A DNA stretch of 48,640 nt from an uncultured Candidatus Peribacteria bacterium (lineage in GTDB: Bacteria > Patescibacteriota > Gracilibacteria > UBA1369 > UBA12463). The notes beneath the pieces were generated by a model. That model made no database searches. It had not been told where the DNA came from and saw only the letters and a program-made list of their open reading frames with translations. Shown piece after piece: positions 36,525-45,404 of this stretch (position 1 is its first letter; each line of letters opens with the position of its first letter). The DNA is taken from contig CAZFSD010000002.1 in assembly GCA_964521465.1 (NCBI GenBank), positions 1-48,640 on the forward strand, read 5' to 3'. A program made the translations under genes and the position numbers.

Positions 36525-37949
36525 TTATACGATTCCTTCGTCCCAATTACCATGAAAATTCCCCTCTTTGTCTTTTCGCTGAAATCCGTGGGCGCCAAAA
36601 TAATCGCGGAGTGCTTGGATCATGTTGGTGTTGAGTGGATTCGTCGTCATGGATTGGTAGTACTGCAGCCCAGAGCTGAAGGCTGGAACGGGGCGATCAT
36701 GCTCGATGGCTCGCGTGACCACCGATTTGAGACTTTCGAGTGTGCCTTTTTCCGTCTCTTCGCCTTTGAAATCCTCGAGGAGATATTCTTTTCGGGAGGC
36801 GAAGGATTTTTCTATTTTCTCGAGCATGCGGGCGCGGATGATGCAGCCGCCTTGCCAAATGCGGGCGATTTCTGCGAGATTCAGAGATTCTGCAAATGGT
36901 GCGCTTCTGAGGAGGGCAAATCCTTGAGCGTAGGCGATAGAGGTCGCTTGCAAAAGAGCCTTTTCAAGACTTTCTCGAAATTCTGTGGCGGAAGTTTTTT
37001 TGTCGTTGGTTTTTTTCTCGAGTGCGAGACGGGTTCGAAGTTTTTTCTGTGCGGAAATCGCGCGTGCAAACACCGCTTCTGCGATGGTATTGACTGGAAT
37101 CCCCTGTTCTAGCGCCTCCAGCGTCGTCCAAATGCCGGTTCCTTTTTGACCGGCGATATCGAGAATCATGTCGATCATATATACATTTCCTTCTTTTTTT
37201 CGCATGACGGCACCCGCAATTTCGATGAGGAAAGACTGTAGTGGACCTTTGTTCCACTGCTCAAATACTTCTGCTATTTCGTCATTTTCATATCCCGCGA
37301 CATTTTTCATAAGATCATACGCCTCACTGATAAGCTGCATAACGGCGTATTCGATGCCGTTATGAACCATTTTCACATAGTGGCCGCTGCCCCCCTCGCC
37401 CATGTACGCGACACAGGGTTTTCCTGAAAAGTCACGCGCAGCACAGGCTTCAAATATCTCCCGGCACTTTTCCCATGCTTCCGGTGACCCCCCGGGCATC
37501 ATACTTGGACCCATGAGAGCGCCCTTTTCTCCGCCGGAAATACCCATGCCGATGAAATGTATACCTTGGTGCTTGAGCTTCTCTTGTCGCGTTTGCGTGT
37601 CTTTGTACCAGGAATTGCCGCCGTCGATCAGGATGTCGCCTTCTTCAAGGAGTGGCGTGATGTGGTCGATCATTTCGTCGATAGGTTTACCTGCGGGCAC
37701 CATCAGGACGATGCGGCGTGGCTTTTGCAGGTTATTCACGAAATCGTCCAGGTGCTCAAAACCAAAGAGATTCATCTCTAAATCCCTTGCCTTCCCTTCG
37801 GATTCGGTTGCGTATTTTTCAAGAAATTCTTTTGTTTTTTCGTAAGTCCGGTTGTAGACCGTGACCGAAAAGCCTTTGGAAGCCATGTTTCGTGCGAGAG
37901 CACTTCCCATGGTTCCAAGGCCGATAAGTCCGATACTAGTACCCTTCAT
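36525..37949 (-). CDS. gnd: 6-phosphogluconate dehydrogenase (decarboxylating)
   Basis: IGLIGLGTMGSALARNMASKGFSVTVYNRT, GMGISGGEKGA, GSGHYVKMVHNGIEY, and C-terminal RDYFGAHGF. The start is placed at MKGTS (37949), not the 44-codon extension in the track. Confidence 0.9.
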   Translation of the reverse strand: MKGTSIGLIGLGTMGSALARNMASKGFSVTVYNRTYEKTKEFLEKYATESEGKARDLEMNLFGFEHLDDFVNNLQKPRRIVLMVPAGKPIDEMIDHITPLLEEGDILIDGGNSWYKDTQTRQEKLKHQGIHFIGMGISGGEKGALMGPSMMPGGSPEAWEKCREIFEACAARDFSGKPCVAYMGEGGSGHYVKMVHNGIEYAVMQLISEAYDLMKNVAGYENDEIAEVFEQWNKGPLQSFLIEIAGAVMRKKEGNVYMIDMILDIAGQKGTGIWTTLEALEQGIPVNTIAEAVFARAISAQKKLRTRLALEKKTNDKKTSATEFRESLEKALLQATSIAYAQGFALLRSAPFAESLNLAEIARIWQGGCIIRARMLEKIEKSFASRKEYLLEDFKGEETEKGTLESLKSVVTRAIEHDRPVPAFSSGLQYYQSMTTNPLNTNMIQALRDYFGAHGFQRKDKEGNFHGNWDEGIV

Positions 37950-38112
37950 CTTCGTCATCTTCCTCATCATATCCCATCTCGTCGTCTTCGTCATCGCATT
38001 TGCATTGACTCGTGACTTCTTCGCAGTCTGCGCACATTTCCTCGCGGATGTCATCGCAGCAACTTCCCTGGTCATCTGCAACGCTTCCGCACCAAGCGCA
38101 TTTATATTTCAT
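37936..38112 (-). CDS. 58-aa Cys-rich, strongly acidic mini-protein (below the track's 60-aa cutoff)
   Basis: Hand translation: MKYKCAWCGSVADDQGSCCDDIREEMCADCEEVTSQCKCDDEDDEMGYDEEDDEDEGY. It lies between kamA-like and gnd on the same strand, and its 3' end overlaps the gnd start by 14 nt in another frame. Confidence 0.4.
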   Translation of the reverse strand: MKYKCAWCGSVADDQGSCCDDIREEMCADCEEVTSQCKCDDEDDEMGYDEEDDEDEGY

Positions 38113-38167
38113 AGAAAGAGATTAAGGGTCAAAAACGCGAGCAAATATAGCACAGGAGTTTTATTTT

Positions 38168-39238
38168 TCAAAATTGTTCTTCTGAAGCTGAGAATGCCGG
38201 ATCAATATATTGAATTTTTTCTCCGCGGAAATTTTCTGCTTCATAAATGCCTTTTTGCGAGGTTTCGCGAAACCATGAAACGGGGATTTTTCCGTGGCCT
38301 CCGGGGGTGTCGATGACATATTCCGGGATACAGATGCCCGAAACACTCCCTTGGAGCTTTTGCATGATCTGTCTTCCTTCTTCCACGGAAATTCGAAAAT
38401 GACTTGTGCCTTTTGCGTAGTCGAGGTGATGGAGATGATAGGGCTTCACATTGATTTCGACGAGTCCGCGAAAAAGCTGCTCGAGGATTTTTGCGTCGTT
38501 ATTCACGCCTTTCATGAGGACCGTTTGACTGAGAAGCATGGCTCCTGACTTGTGCAATTTTTGTATACAATCCTGGAATTTTTTTGTGATTTCTCGCGGG
38601 TGATTGATGTGGATAATAATTGATGCCGGTGCTGCTTTTTTTATTATTTGAATAAACTTTGTATTCACTCTCTGAGGATAGACGGCTGGCGTACGAGTGT
38701 GGAAACGGATTCGCTTGATGTGGGTGATTTTTTTGAGCTCGGAGAGGACATGCGATAAGAACGCATCCGTCATCGTCAATGGATCACCGCCGGAAAGAAT
38801 CACTTCCGAGATTTCTGTATGATTTCGCAGATACTCCAAGCTTTTCTGGAGATTGGCGGGACTTTTTTCCAGGAGATCACGCCGAAAACAGAAGCGACAA
38901 TGCACCGCGCAACTCGTGATGAGATTAAGGAGCGCGCGGTCGGGATAGCGGTGAATAATGCCGGGAACGGGCGTATGCGCTTTGTCGCCGATGGGATCGG
39001 CGAGTTCATACGATTGCCTTTTATTTTCGCGCTCGTCAGTCAGGACCATCGCGCGGAGTGGATCTTGCGGATCATACCAATCGATGATGTCGATGAAGTA
39101 TTTGGGGATGAGGATTGAAAAATTCTGTTTTCGAATTTCCTGCTCGTCAGGAAATGGGATACGCGAAAGATCCCACTTTTTTTTCGTGAGATAGTTTTGA
39201 AGATCAGATATTGTCGTAATGAAATCAGCCTTTTTCAT
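38168..39238 (-). CDS. KamA-family radical SAM aminomutase (lysine 2,3-aminomutase / EpmB-like)
   Basis: Radical-SAM cluster CAVHCRFCFRR, SGGDPL, and the overall KamA layout (356 aa). Confidence 0.85.
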   Translation of the reverse strand: MKKADFITTISDLQNYLTKKKWDLSRIPFPDEQEIRKQNFSILIPKYFIDIIDWYDPQDPLRAMVLTDERENKRQSYELADPIGDKAHTPVPGIIHRYPDRALLNLITSCAVHCRFCFRRDLLEKSPANLQKSLEYLRNHTEISEVILSGGDPLTMTDAFLSHVLSELKKITHIKRIRFHTRTPAVYPQRVNTKFIQIIKKAAPASIIIHINHPREITKKFQDCIQKLHKSGAMLLSQTVLMKGVNNDAKILEQLFRGLVEINVKPYHLHHLDYAKGTSHFRISVEEGRQIMQKLQGSVSGICIPEYVIDTPGGHGKIPVSWFRETSQKGIYEAENFRGEKIQYIDPAFSASEEQF

Positions 39239-39250
39239 GTCTTACAAGAA

Positions 39251-39327
39251 TGGTGCACGATAGTGGATTCGAACCACTGACCTTCTCGACGTCAACGAGA
39301 CGCTCTAACCAACTGAGCTAATCGTGC
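39251..39327 (-). tRNA. tRNA-Val (anticodon GAC), CCA encoded
   Basis: Acceptor GCACGAT/ATCGTGC, D arm GCTC-AGTTGGTTA-GAGC, anticodon arm TCTCG-TTGACGT-CGAGA, T arm AGTGG-TTCGAAT-CCACT, 3' ACCA; 77 nt. Confidence 0.9.
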
Positions 39328-39434
39328 AGGCGACTTGTGAAGGAGCTGCCCATGTTCATTTTTCATACTTTTTTCATTTTTTCTTCAGAAAAAAGTTCAT
39401 TTCTGTTCATGTGCGGGAGGTAGGATAAAGCTTG

Positions 39435-40145
39435 ATGCACCTTCTGTCAAAAAACTTTCTTGATTTCGCCCGCCATTTTCTCGATTTTCTTTTTCCGAAG
39501 CTTTGTTTGGGGTGCTCTTGCGAAGGATTTTTGATCTGTGAAATATGCCTCTTATCACTGACTCTGAGTTCCAGATGGCCGAAGAATAGCTTTGAAATAA
39601 GGTATTTTGAGCGGTGCTTTTCTGTTTTTGAGCCGACGCCGCTTTTGCGCCAGAGCATCCACGCTTTGAAATATCATTTTTTGGAGGAAGTGAGCGTTCT
39701 TTTGGGTGATTTTGTGCGGCGGCGGGTTTTTCTGGCTGATTTTTCTGCATCAGTGGATCGAGATTTTTTGGTAGTTCCGGTACCCCTTCACTGGCGGCGA
39801 CTCTACGATCGAGGGTTCAACCAATCAGAACTCCTTGTTCATGCAGCAGGATTTGTGCCGACTCATCTTCTTCGTCGTCGGCGGCGGACGCGAGCTCAGG
39901 CGCTTTTGACGCGTGAAGAGCGACTCACAAACCTGGTCGATGCTTTCGTGATTGATGCGGATGTCCTCCATTCCGTTCGCACTTCTACCGCATCTGATGC
40001 GCGGCGACCGTTTTCGAAACTTCCGCCAGTACTTCTCGTGGATGATGTCTGCACCACGGGAGCAACACTCATGGAATGCGCGAAAGTTCTGCGAGCTGCA
40101 GGTTTTGAAAAAATCTTTTCGCTCGTTTTGGCGCATGGACTCTGA
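39435..40145 (+). CDS. comF: ComF-family phosphoribosyltransferase-like protein
   Basis: N-terminal Cys cluster LFPKLCLGCSCEGFLICEIC and the PRTase motif VLLVDDVCTTGATL. Confidence 0.8.
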   Translation: MHLLSKNFLDFARHFLDFLFPKLCLGCSCEGFLICEICLLSLTLSSRWPKNSFEIRYFERCFSVFEPTPLLRQSIHALKYHFLEEVSVLLGDFVRRRVFLADFSASVDRDFLVVPVPLHWRRLYDRGFNQSELLVHAAGFVPTHLLRRRRRTRAQALLTREERLTNLVDAFVIDADVLHSVRTSTASDARRPFSKLPPVLLVDDVCTTGATLMECAKVLRAAGFEKIFSLVLAHGL

Positions 40146-40190
40146 GCAGGATTTCTGGCGGTTGAGGTGTTTTTGGCGTAGTATACCTCC

Positions 40191-41339
40191 ATGATTCTTG
40201 GCATCGATGCGTCACGATTTGGGCATGAGTGTTCGACGGGTGTTGAATGGTACAGCTATCACATCATTCGCAACCTTCTCCGTGTGATCGCGCAGGAGCG
40301 GATGGATATACGCGTACGACTCTATGTGAGGCGAAAATTGAGCGATGAAGAGCTTGGAGATTCTTATGGTTTTTGTGAGCAGCGCATCATTCGACAGAAG
40401 CGACTGTGGACACAGATCGGGCTTGCACGAGAGATTCTTTTGCATCGACCGGATATCTTTTTTGTACCTTCGCATACTCTTCCGCTGACATCTGCGAAAG
40501 AGTCTTTTGTGATGATTCACGATGTGGCGTTTTGTCATTTTCGCCGCGCGTATGGCGTTTTTCAGTATGCCTATTTGTGGCTTTCAACAAAGTTTGCCGT
40601 GAAAAAAGCGGCGAAAATTTTAGTCCCGAGCGAGGCGACGAAAAAAGACCTGATGAATTTTTTCCACTGCTGCGAGGACAAAATCGCTGTCGTGAGGCAT
40701 GGCTTTTCGTCGCCGAGCGAGAGTATTTCATCCCGCGCAGTACGAAGCGATCAGCACGATGTGGAGGAGATTTTGGAACAATTTCACCTCAAGCCTCATG
40801 AAAAATTCTTCTTGTTCGTGGGGCGACTCGAGGCGAAAAAAAATCTCGTTCGACTTCTTCAGGCTTTTGCGAAATTTCGCGAGAAACACCCTGAATTTCG
40901 CCTCATTCTTGCGGGGAAAAGAGGTACTTGTTTTCGAGAAATTTTGAAAACTTTTCATGATTTTAAATTGGAACGCGCGGTCTTTATGCCCGGATACATC
41001 ACAGAACCGGAAAAGTCCGTATTGTTTGCGGCGTGCCAGGGGTTTGTTTTTCCTTCACTGTATGAGGGCTTTGGACTTCCGGTGTTGGAAAGTTTTTATT
41101 ATGAAAAGCCTATTTTGGCGAGCAAGAGCGGCAGTTTGCCGGAAGTATGTGGTGACGCATGTGTGATGGTGGATGCAGAAAATGTTCATTCGATTGCCGA
41201 AGGGCTCGAGAGGCTCGTGAGCCCAGAAGTCGTCGATCTCCTCCCTCGTGGCCGCGATCGACTCCGACAATTTGATTGGAAAAAAACGGCGAAAAAAACG
41301 CTCGATATCTTCTTGCGCTCTCTTCATACTTCGCACTGA
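40191..41339 (+). CDS. glycosyltransferase (GT-B, family 4/1-like)
   Basis: MILGIDAS...GVEWYSY, then FVFPSLYEGFGLPVLESF (the EX7E region). Confidence 0.8.
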   Translation: MILGIDASRFGHECSTGVEWYSYHIIRNLLRVIAQERMDIRVRLYVRRKLSDEELGDSYGFCEQRIIRQKRLWTQIGLAREILLHRPDIFFVPSHTLPLTSAKESFVMIHDVAFCHFRRAYGVFQYAYLWLSTKFAVKKAAKILVPSEATKKDLMNFFHCCEDKIAVVRHGFSSPSESISSRAVRSDQHDVEEILEQFHLKPHEKFFLFVGRLEAKKNLVRLLQAFAKFREKHPEFRLILAGKRGTCFREILKTFHDFKLERAVFMPGYITEPEKSVLFAACQGFVFPSLYEGFGLPVLESFYYEKPILASKSGSLPEVCGDACVMVDAENVHSIAEGLERLVSPEVVDLLPRGRDRLRQFDWKKTAKKTLDIFLRSLHTSH

Positions 41340-43102
41340 TGGATAATCAAAAAATTGCTGACATTTTTCAAGAAATTGCGAATATGATGGATATTCGCGG
41401 AGACAATCGTTTTCGCGTGATCGCCTATTCGCGAGCGGCGCAGACAATTTCCGGCCTTGCTTTCGACCTTCGGGATGTCGTGATGCGCGATGTCCATGAA
41501 CTCAATAAAATTCCCGGCATTGGCCAGGCGCTGGCAGCAACGATCGTGGAGCTGGTAACAACGAATCGGTGCGAGTGGTATGAAGAGTTGAAAGCAGAAT
41601 TTCCGCCCGGCGTTTTACAGATGCTGAAGCTTCGTGGTGTTGGGCCGAAGAAAGTGAAACTTTTTTATGGGACACTCGGAATCAAAACGATTGCGGAGCT
41701 CAAAAAAGCGGCTCAGGCAGGCAAAATCCGAGAGCTCCCCAAAATGGGCGAGAAAAGTGAAAGCGAAGTACTCGCTTCCATCGAGCATTTTGAGAGTACG
41801 CCACATGATCGTCGGAGTCTTCACGAAGGCTTTCAGGAAGCGATGCAATACATTGCTCACATGAAAAAGTCCGTAAAAGTAAAAAAAATTGAGTATGCCG
41901 GAAGTTTGCGACGCGGCAGTGAAACCATTGGCGATGTGGATCTGCTCGTTGCGGCGAAAGACAGCGATGTTCCAGCGATTATGAAGCACTTTTTGGAGTA
42001 TGGCGAAGTGGCGAAAGTTCTCGGTCACGGTGAAACAAAATCGTCAGTCGTGCTCAAATCTGGTCTTCAGGTGGACCTTCGCGTGATTCCTCTCGTGATT
42101 TTTGGTGCGGCGTTGCATTATTTCACAGGATCGAAGAATCACAACATTCGCATTCGTGATCGGGCGAAAAAAATGGGTTTGAAAGTGAATGAATACGGCG
42201 TTTTTCGCCTTCCTGTCAAGGAAGGTGGCGAGGAAGTTTTTGTTGCTGGTGCGACGGAGGAAGAACTTTTCTCGACGATTCATCTTGCGTGGATTCCTCC
42301 GGAAATGCGTGAAGATCGAGGAGAAGTGGAGTTGTCAGAAAAACTTTTTGCCAAGAAGAAGAAAATGCCGGAGCTGGTCGAACTTTCCGATTTGCGCGGC
42401 GATATGCACTGTCACAGCGAGTGGAGCGATGGCACAGAGCCGCTCGAAGTGGTGGCACAGGGTTATATGAAGGCGGGCTTTGAATACATGGCCATGACGG
42501 ATCATTCGAAAGCCGTGGGCATTACGCAAGGCCTCACCGACGAAAAAGCACAGCGGTATTTCGCAGAAATCGAGCGGGTTCAGAAAGTTCTTGGCAATAC
42601 ATTCACGATTCTCAAAGGCAGCGAAGTGGATATTCTGAAAGATGGGAGCCTCGACTACTCGGATAAAGTTTTGAAACAATTCGATTGGCTCGTGGGTTCG
42701 GTGCATTCGCACTTCAAGCTTCCTCAGGAAGATCAGACGAAGCGGGTTCTTACGGCGATTCAGAGTGGTTATCTCAAAGTCCTCGGACATCCGACTTCAC
42801 GGCTGATTCATGATCGTCCGCCGATTTTGCTGAATATGGAAGCGATCATCAAAGCGTGTATCGATCATCATGTGGCGCTGGAGATTAATGGCTCCCCTTC
42901 GCGCATGGATTTGAATGATGTGTATGTGAAAATGGCCCATGATATGGGTGCAAAGTTTGTCATTTCCACGGATTCTCACCACTCATCGCACATGGGATTT
43001 TTGCACTACGGCATTCTGACGGCACGACGAGGATGGCTCACCAAAGAAGCGGTGTTGAACACATGGCCACTCGAGAAGCTCCTGAGATGGTTTCAAAAAT
43101 AG
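41339..43102 (+). CDS. polX: family X DNA polymerase with a C-terminal PHP domain
   Basis: N-terminal 8-kDa/HhH MDNQKIADIFQEIANMMDIRGDNRFRVIAYSRAA, GIGQALA, GSLRRGSETIGDVDLLV, and PHP histidines GDMHCHSEWSDG...MTDHS. The start ATG overlaps the preceding stop (TGATG). Confidence 0.85.
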   Translation: MDNQKIADIFQEIANMMDIRGDNRFRVIAYSRAAQTISGLAFDLRDVVMRDVHELNKIPGIGQALAATIVELVTTNRCEWYEELKAEFPPGVLQMLKLRGVGPKKVKLFYGTLGIKTIAELKKAAQAGKIRELPKMGEKSESEVLASIEHFESTPHDRRSLHEGFQEAMQYIAHMKKSVKVKKIEYAGSLRRGSETIGDVDLLVAAKDSDVPAIMKHFLEYGEVAKVLGHGETKSSVVLKSGLQVDLRVIPLVIFGAALHYFTGSKNHNIRIRDRAKKMGLKVNEYGVFRLPVKEGGEEVFVAGATEEELFSTIHLAWIPPEMREDRGEVELSEKLFAKKKKMPELVELSDLRGDMHCHSEWSDGTEPLEVVAQGYMKAGFEYMAMTDHSKAVGITQGLTDEKAQRYFAEIERVQKVLGNTFTILKGSEVDILKDGSLDYSDKVLKQFDWLVGSVHSHFKLPQEDQTKRVLTAIQSGYLKVLGHPTSRLIHDRPPILLNMEAIIKACIDHHVALEINGSPSRMDLNDVYVKMAHDMGAKFVISTDSHHSSHMGFLHYGILTARRGWLTKEAVLNTWPLEKLLRWFQK

Positions 43103-43104
43103 AT

Positions 43105-44487
43105 CTATGACGATGCTTCGAAGGTTCGATATCGGTTGGCGAGTGCACCGAAGTCGATGCAGCGCTGTGCGAGGCCGCTGCAGTCCATTTTTTCTTTTTT
43201 GCCGGAGAAGTAGGCGCTGATTTCTGGACCGACTTTTGCGGCGTTGCCGCTGCCGGCGTGATAGGAACGCAAGATCGCAAAATCTTTTGTTGTCAGTGGT
43301 TTCGTGAGATCGATTCCTGCTTTTTTGGCAACGGTGAGACAACGAGATGTCATGGCGAGGACATCGGCAACCACGCTTTCTGCGCGGGCAAATTCTGTTT
43401 TTCCGAGCCATTTTTGAGCCATTTCCTGAAAATATGGCTGGCTTGTGGCGTGCTCCCAACCGGAACCTTCTGCACTTCCACTTGCCGCATCTTTTGCACT
43501 TCGGAAAAATTGAAACATCGTTTTGGAATTGGAACCTTCACCGAATTGCGTGTCGCCGGAAGCGGTATCATTAAATCGTGATTCACGAAATGCAGTAGCA
43601 CAGATGTGCGCCTTGAAGTCTTTCGTCGCACCAATGGATTCACAGACTTTATCCAGCAGTTTGGAGAAATTTGGTCGCTGCGCGTTGAGCTGGTCGAGCG
43701 TCGTGATTTCGGCGCCTTTTCCCATTTCTTCTTGAAGGGCTGCGAGATCGATGCCGTCCAGGGTGGCGTTTTCTTTTTTCTCAACGGGGGCAACCGTTCC
43801 CGTCGGCTCCTGATATTCGCTATAGGTGAGCGGCATGGGCGCCCATCCGAGCCTCCTTCCTTGATCGGCGTAGCGGGCTTTTGCCTCTTTGGTTACCTGC
43901 TCTTTCACTTGCGCAAGTTCACTCTGATCGACTTTTTTTGTCACGACATAATTATCACCGGTAAAAATTCTGATTTTCCCGTGATCATCACCGAAAATAC
44001 CCTTCATGCCTTCACGATACGCGCTTGTTCGAACGAAATATTCTTTTGGCTCTGCTGGACTCCCGTCATCCACCCATTGGTCGTAGACTCTTTTCGCTTC
44101 TGGATCTGAAGCGATATTGTTGTTGTAGGGATTTTTGAGATTTTTTGGATGGATATTCACTTTCACGCCGCGAACGGTTTCTGGTTCGATGTCGGCGAGA
44201 CCGATGTGAAGTTCAATTTTGTTGTTGCCCCTGCTGTCAAATTCGCTGGATTCTCCTTTTTCTTTCGTGAGGTTTTTCTTTTTGAACCCTGGAGATTTCT
44301 GTTCTGCCGCTTCGAGATCTTCCAGGCTCATTTTCTGAATGAACTCTGCTTTCATATCTTTTAACGCCTCGCCGGTTTTTCCGGTGAGTTCTTTTTTTTC
44401 TGCTTCGAGGTCTCGAGCAGTGTCAGGCGTCGTTGTGCCTGTTTCGAGTTTTGTATTTCTGTCTCCGCCTTCGATTGGAGGTGCCAT
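43105..44487 (-). CDS. hypothetical protein with a possible SLT/lysozyme-like C-terminal domain
   Basis: 460 aa with no signal peptide. C-terminal motifs ATAFRESRFN, KTMFQF and LRSYHAGSG appear in the order and spacing of the ES / GLMQ / AYNxG motifs of lytic transglycosylases. Confidence 0.45.
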   Translation of the reverse strand: MAPPIEGGDRNTKLETGTTTPDTARDLEAEKKELTGKTGEALKDMKAEFIQKMSLEDLEAAEQKSPGFKKKNLTKEKGESSEFDSRGNNKIELHIGLADIEPETVRGVKVNIHPKNLKNPYNNNIASDPEAKRVYDQWVDDGSPAEPKEYFVRTSAYREGMKGIFGDDHGKIRIFTGDNYVVTKKVDQSELAQVKEQVTKEAKARYADQGRRLGWAPMPLTYSEYQEPTGTVAPVEKKENATLDGIDLAALQEEMGKGAEITTLDQLNAQRPNFSKLLDKVCESIGATKDFKAHICATAFRESRFNDTASGDTQFGEGSNSKTMFQFFRSAKDAASGSAEGSGWEHATSQPYFQEMAQKWLGKTEFARAESVVADVLAMTSRCLTVAKKAGIDLTKPLTTKDFAILRSYHAGSGNAAKVGPEISAYFSGKKEKMDCSGLAQRCIDFGALANRYRTFEASS

Positions 44488-44552
44488 GACTTTTGGGTTT
44501 ATTTTTGTTTTTTATGAGCCGTTTTCGGGCTCGGCGATATCTTGCTATTGTA

Positions 44553-45386
44553 TCATTTTTTGAGCAGCTTTGCAATCTCGGTTTGATGCTCGCCTTTTTC
44601 ATTTCCGGGAGTCTCTAAAATGAGTGGAATACCTTTTTTGGCTGCAAATTCAGCGATTCCGCGAATTCCCTGTTCGCCAATGAGGCCTTCAAAAAGATTG
44701 GCGTGGCGATCGACTCGGCAGCTTTGAGGCAGCTTGCAATCGTTGAAATGAATGCACGCAATGTGTTCGATGCCGATATGACGATCAAATTCTGCAAAAA
44801 CCTGCTCGGGATCGCTCCAGTCGTAGCCCGCGGCCCAGGAATGTTGGGTATCGAGACAGATTTTCATGCGAGGACTCAGCGGCTGAATGCGCTTCCAGAT
44901 CTCCGCCAAGTCTTCGAAGCGATAACCGAGGTCACTCTTCTGACCTGCGGTATTTTCCAGGATGAAGAGTGTTTTCATATCTTTTGTTTCTTCCAGAACG
45001 AGCTTGATATTTTCGATCATGTTGTCGATGGCGACTTGCGGGTCCATACCGCCGGATGCTTTTCCGAGATGTACCACGATACCACTGCCACCGAGCATGG
45101 TAATTCTTCGAAAATCTTCGACGAGATCCGGAATGAGCCATTTCACCTCGCTCGCCTTCTTGCTCAGATTCACGAGATAACTGGCATGCGCGGTGACAAA
45201 TTGAATCTTTTTTTCGGCGCAGGCTTTTCGAAATTCGTCCGCCTCCTGCTGTGTCAGCGGTTTCGACGAACGACCGCGCGGGTTTTTGACGAAAAACTGC
45301 ATCGCATTCAAGCCATGTTCATCTGCAACTTTCGTCGCGGCGGCGGCAAAACCTTTTGCAATGGAGGCGTGGTAACCGAGAATCAT
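44553..45386 (-). CDS. nfo: deoxyribonuclease IV (endonuclease IV)
   Basis: MILGYHASIAKG, QFFVKNPRG, HASYLVNL, VVHLG, LENTAGQ, LDTQHSWAAGYD, and HFNDC. The start is at ATG 45386. Confidence 0.9.
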   Translation of the reverse strand: MILGYHASIAKGFAAAATKVADEHGLNAMQFFVKNPRGRSSKPLTQQEADEFRKACAEKKIQFVTAHASYLVNLSKKASEVKWLIPDLVEDFRRITMLGGSGIVVHLGKASGGMDPQVAIDNMIENIKLVLEETKDMKTLFILENTAGQKSDLGYRFEDLAEIWKRIQPLSPRMKICLDTQHSWAAGYDWSDPEQVFAEFDRHIGIEHIACIHFNDCKLPQSCRVDRHANLFEGLIGEQGIRGIAEFAAKKGIPLILETPGNEKGEHQTEIAKLLKK

Positions 45387-45404
45387 ATGTAGTACAATCA
45401 TACT

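Noticed and set aside
37950-38081. 44-codon N-terminal extension of gnd in the track (MQMTREVAAMTSARKC...).
   Set aside because: The Rossmann GxGxxG begins right after MKGTS. The extension is better explained by the independent 58-aa Cys-rich ORF in another frame.
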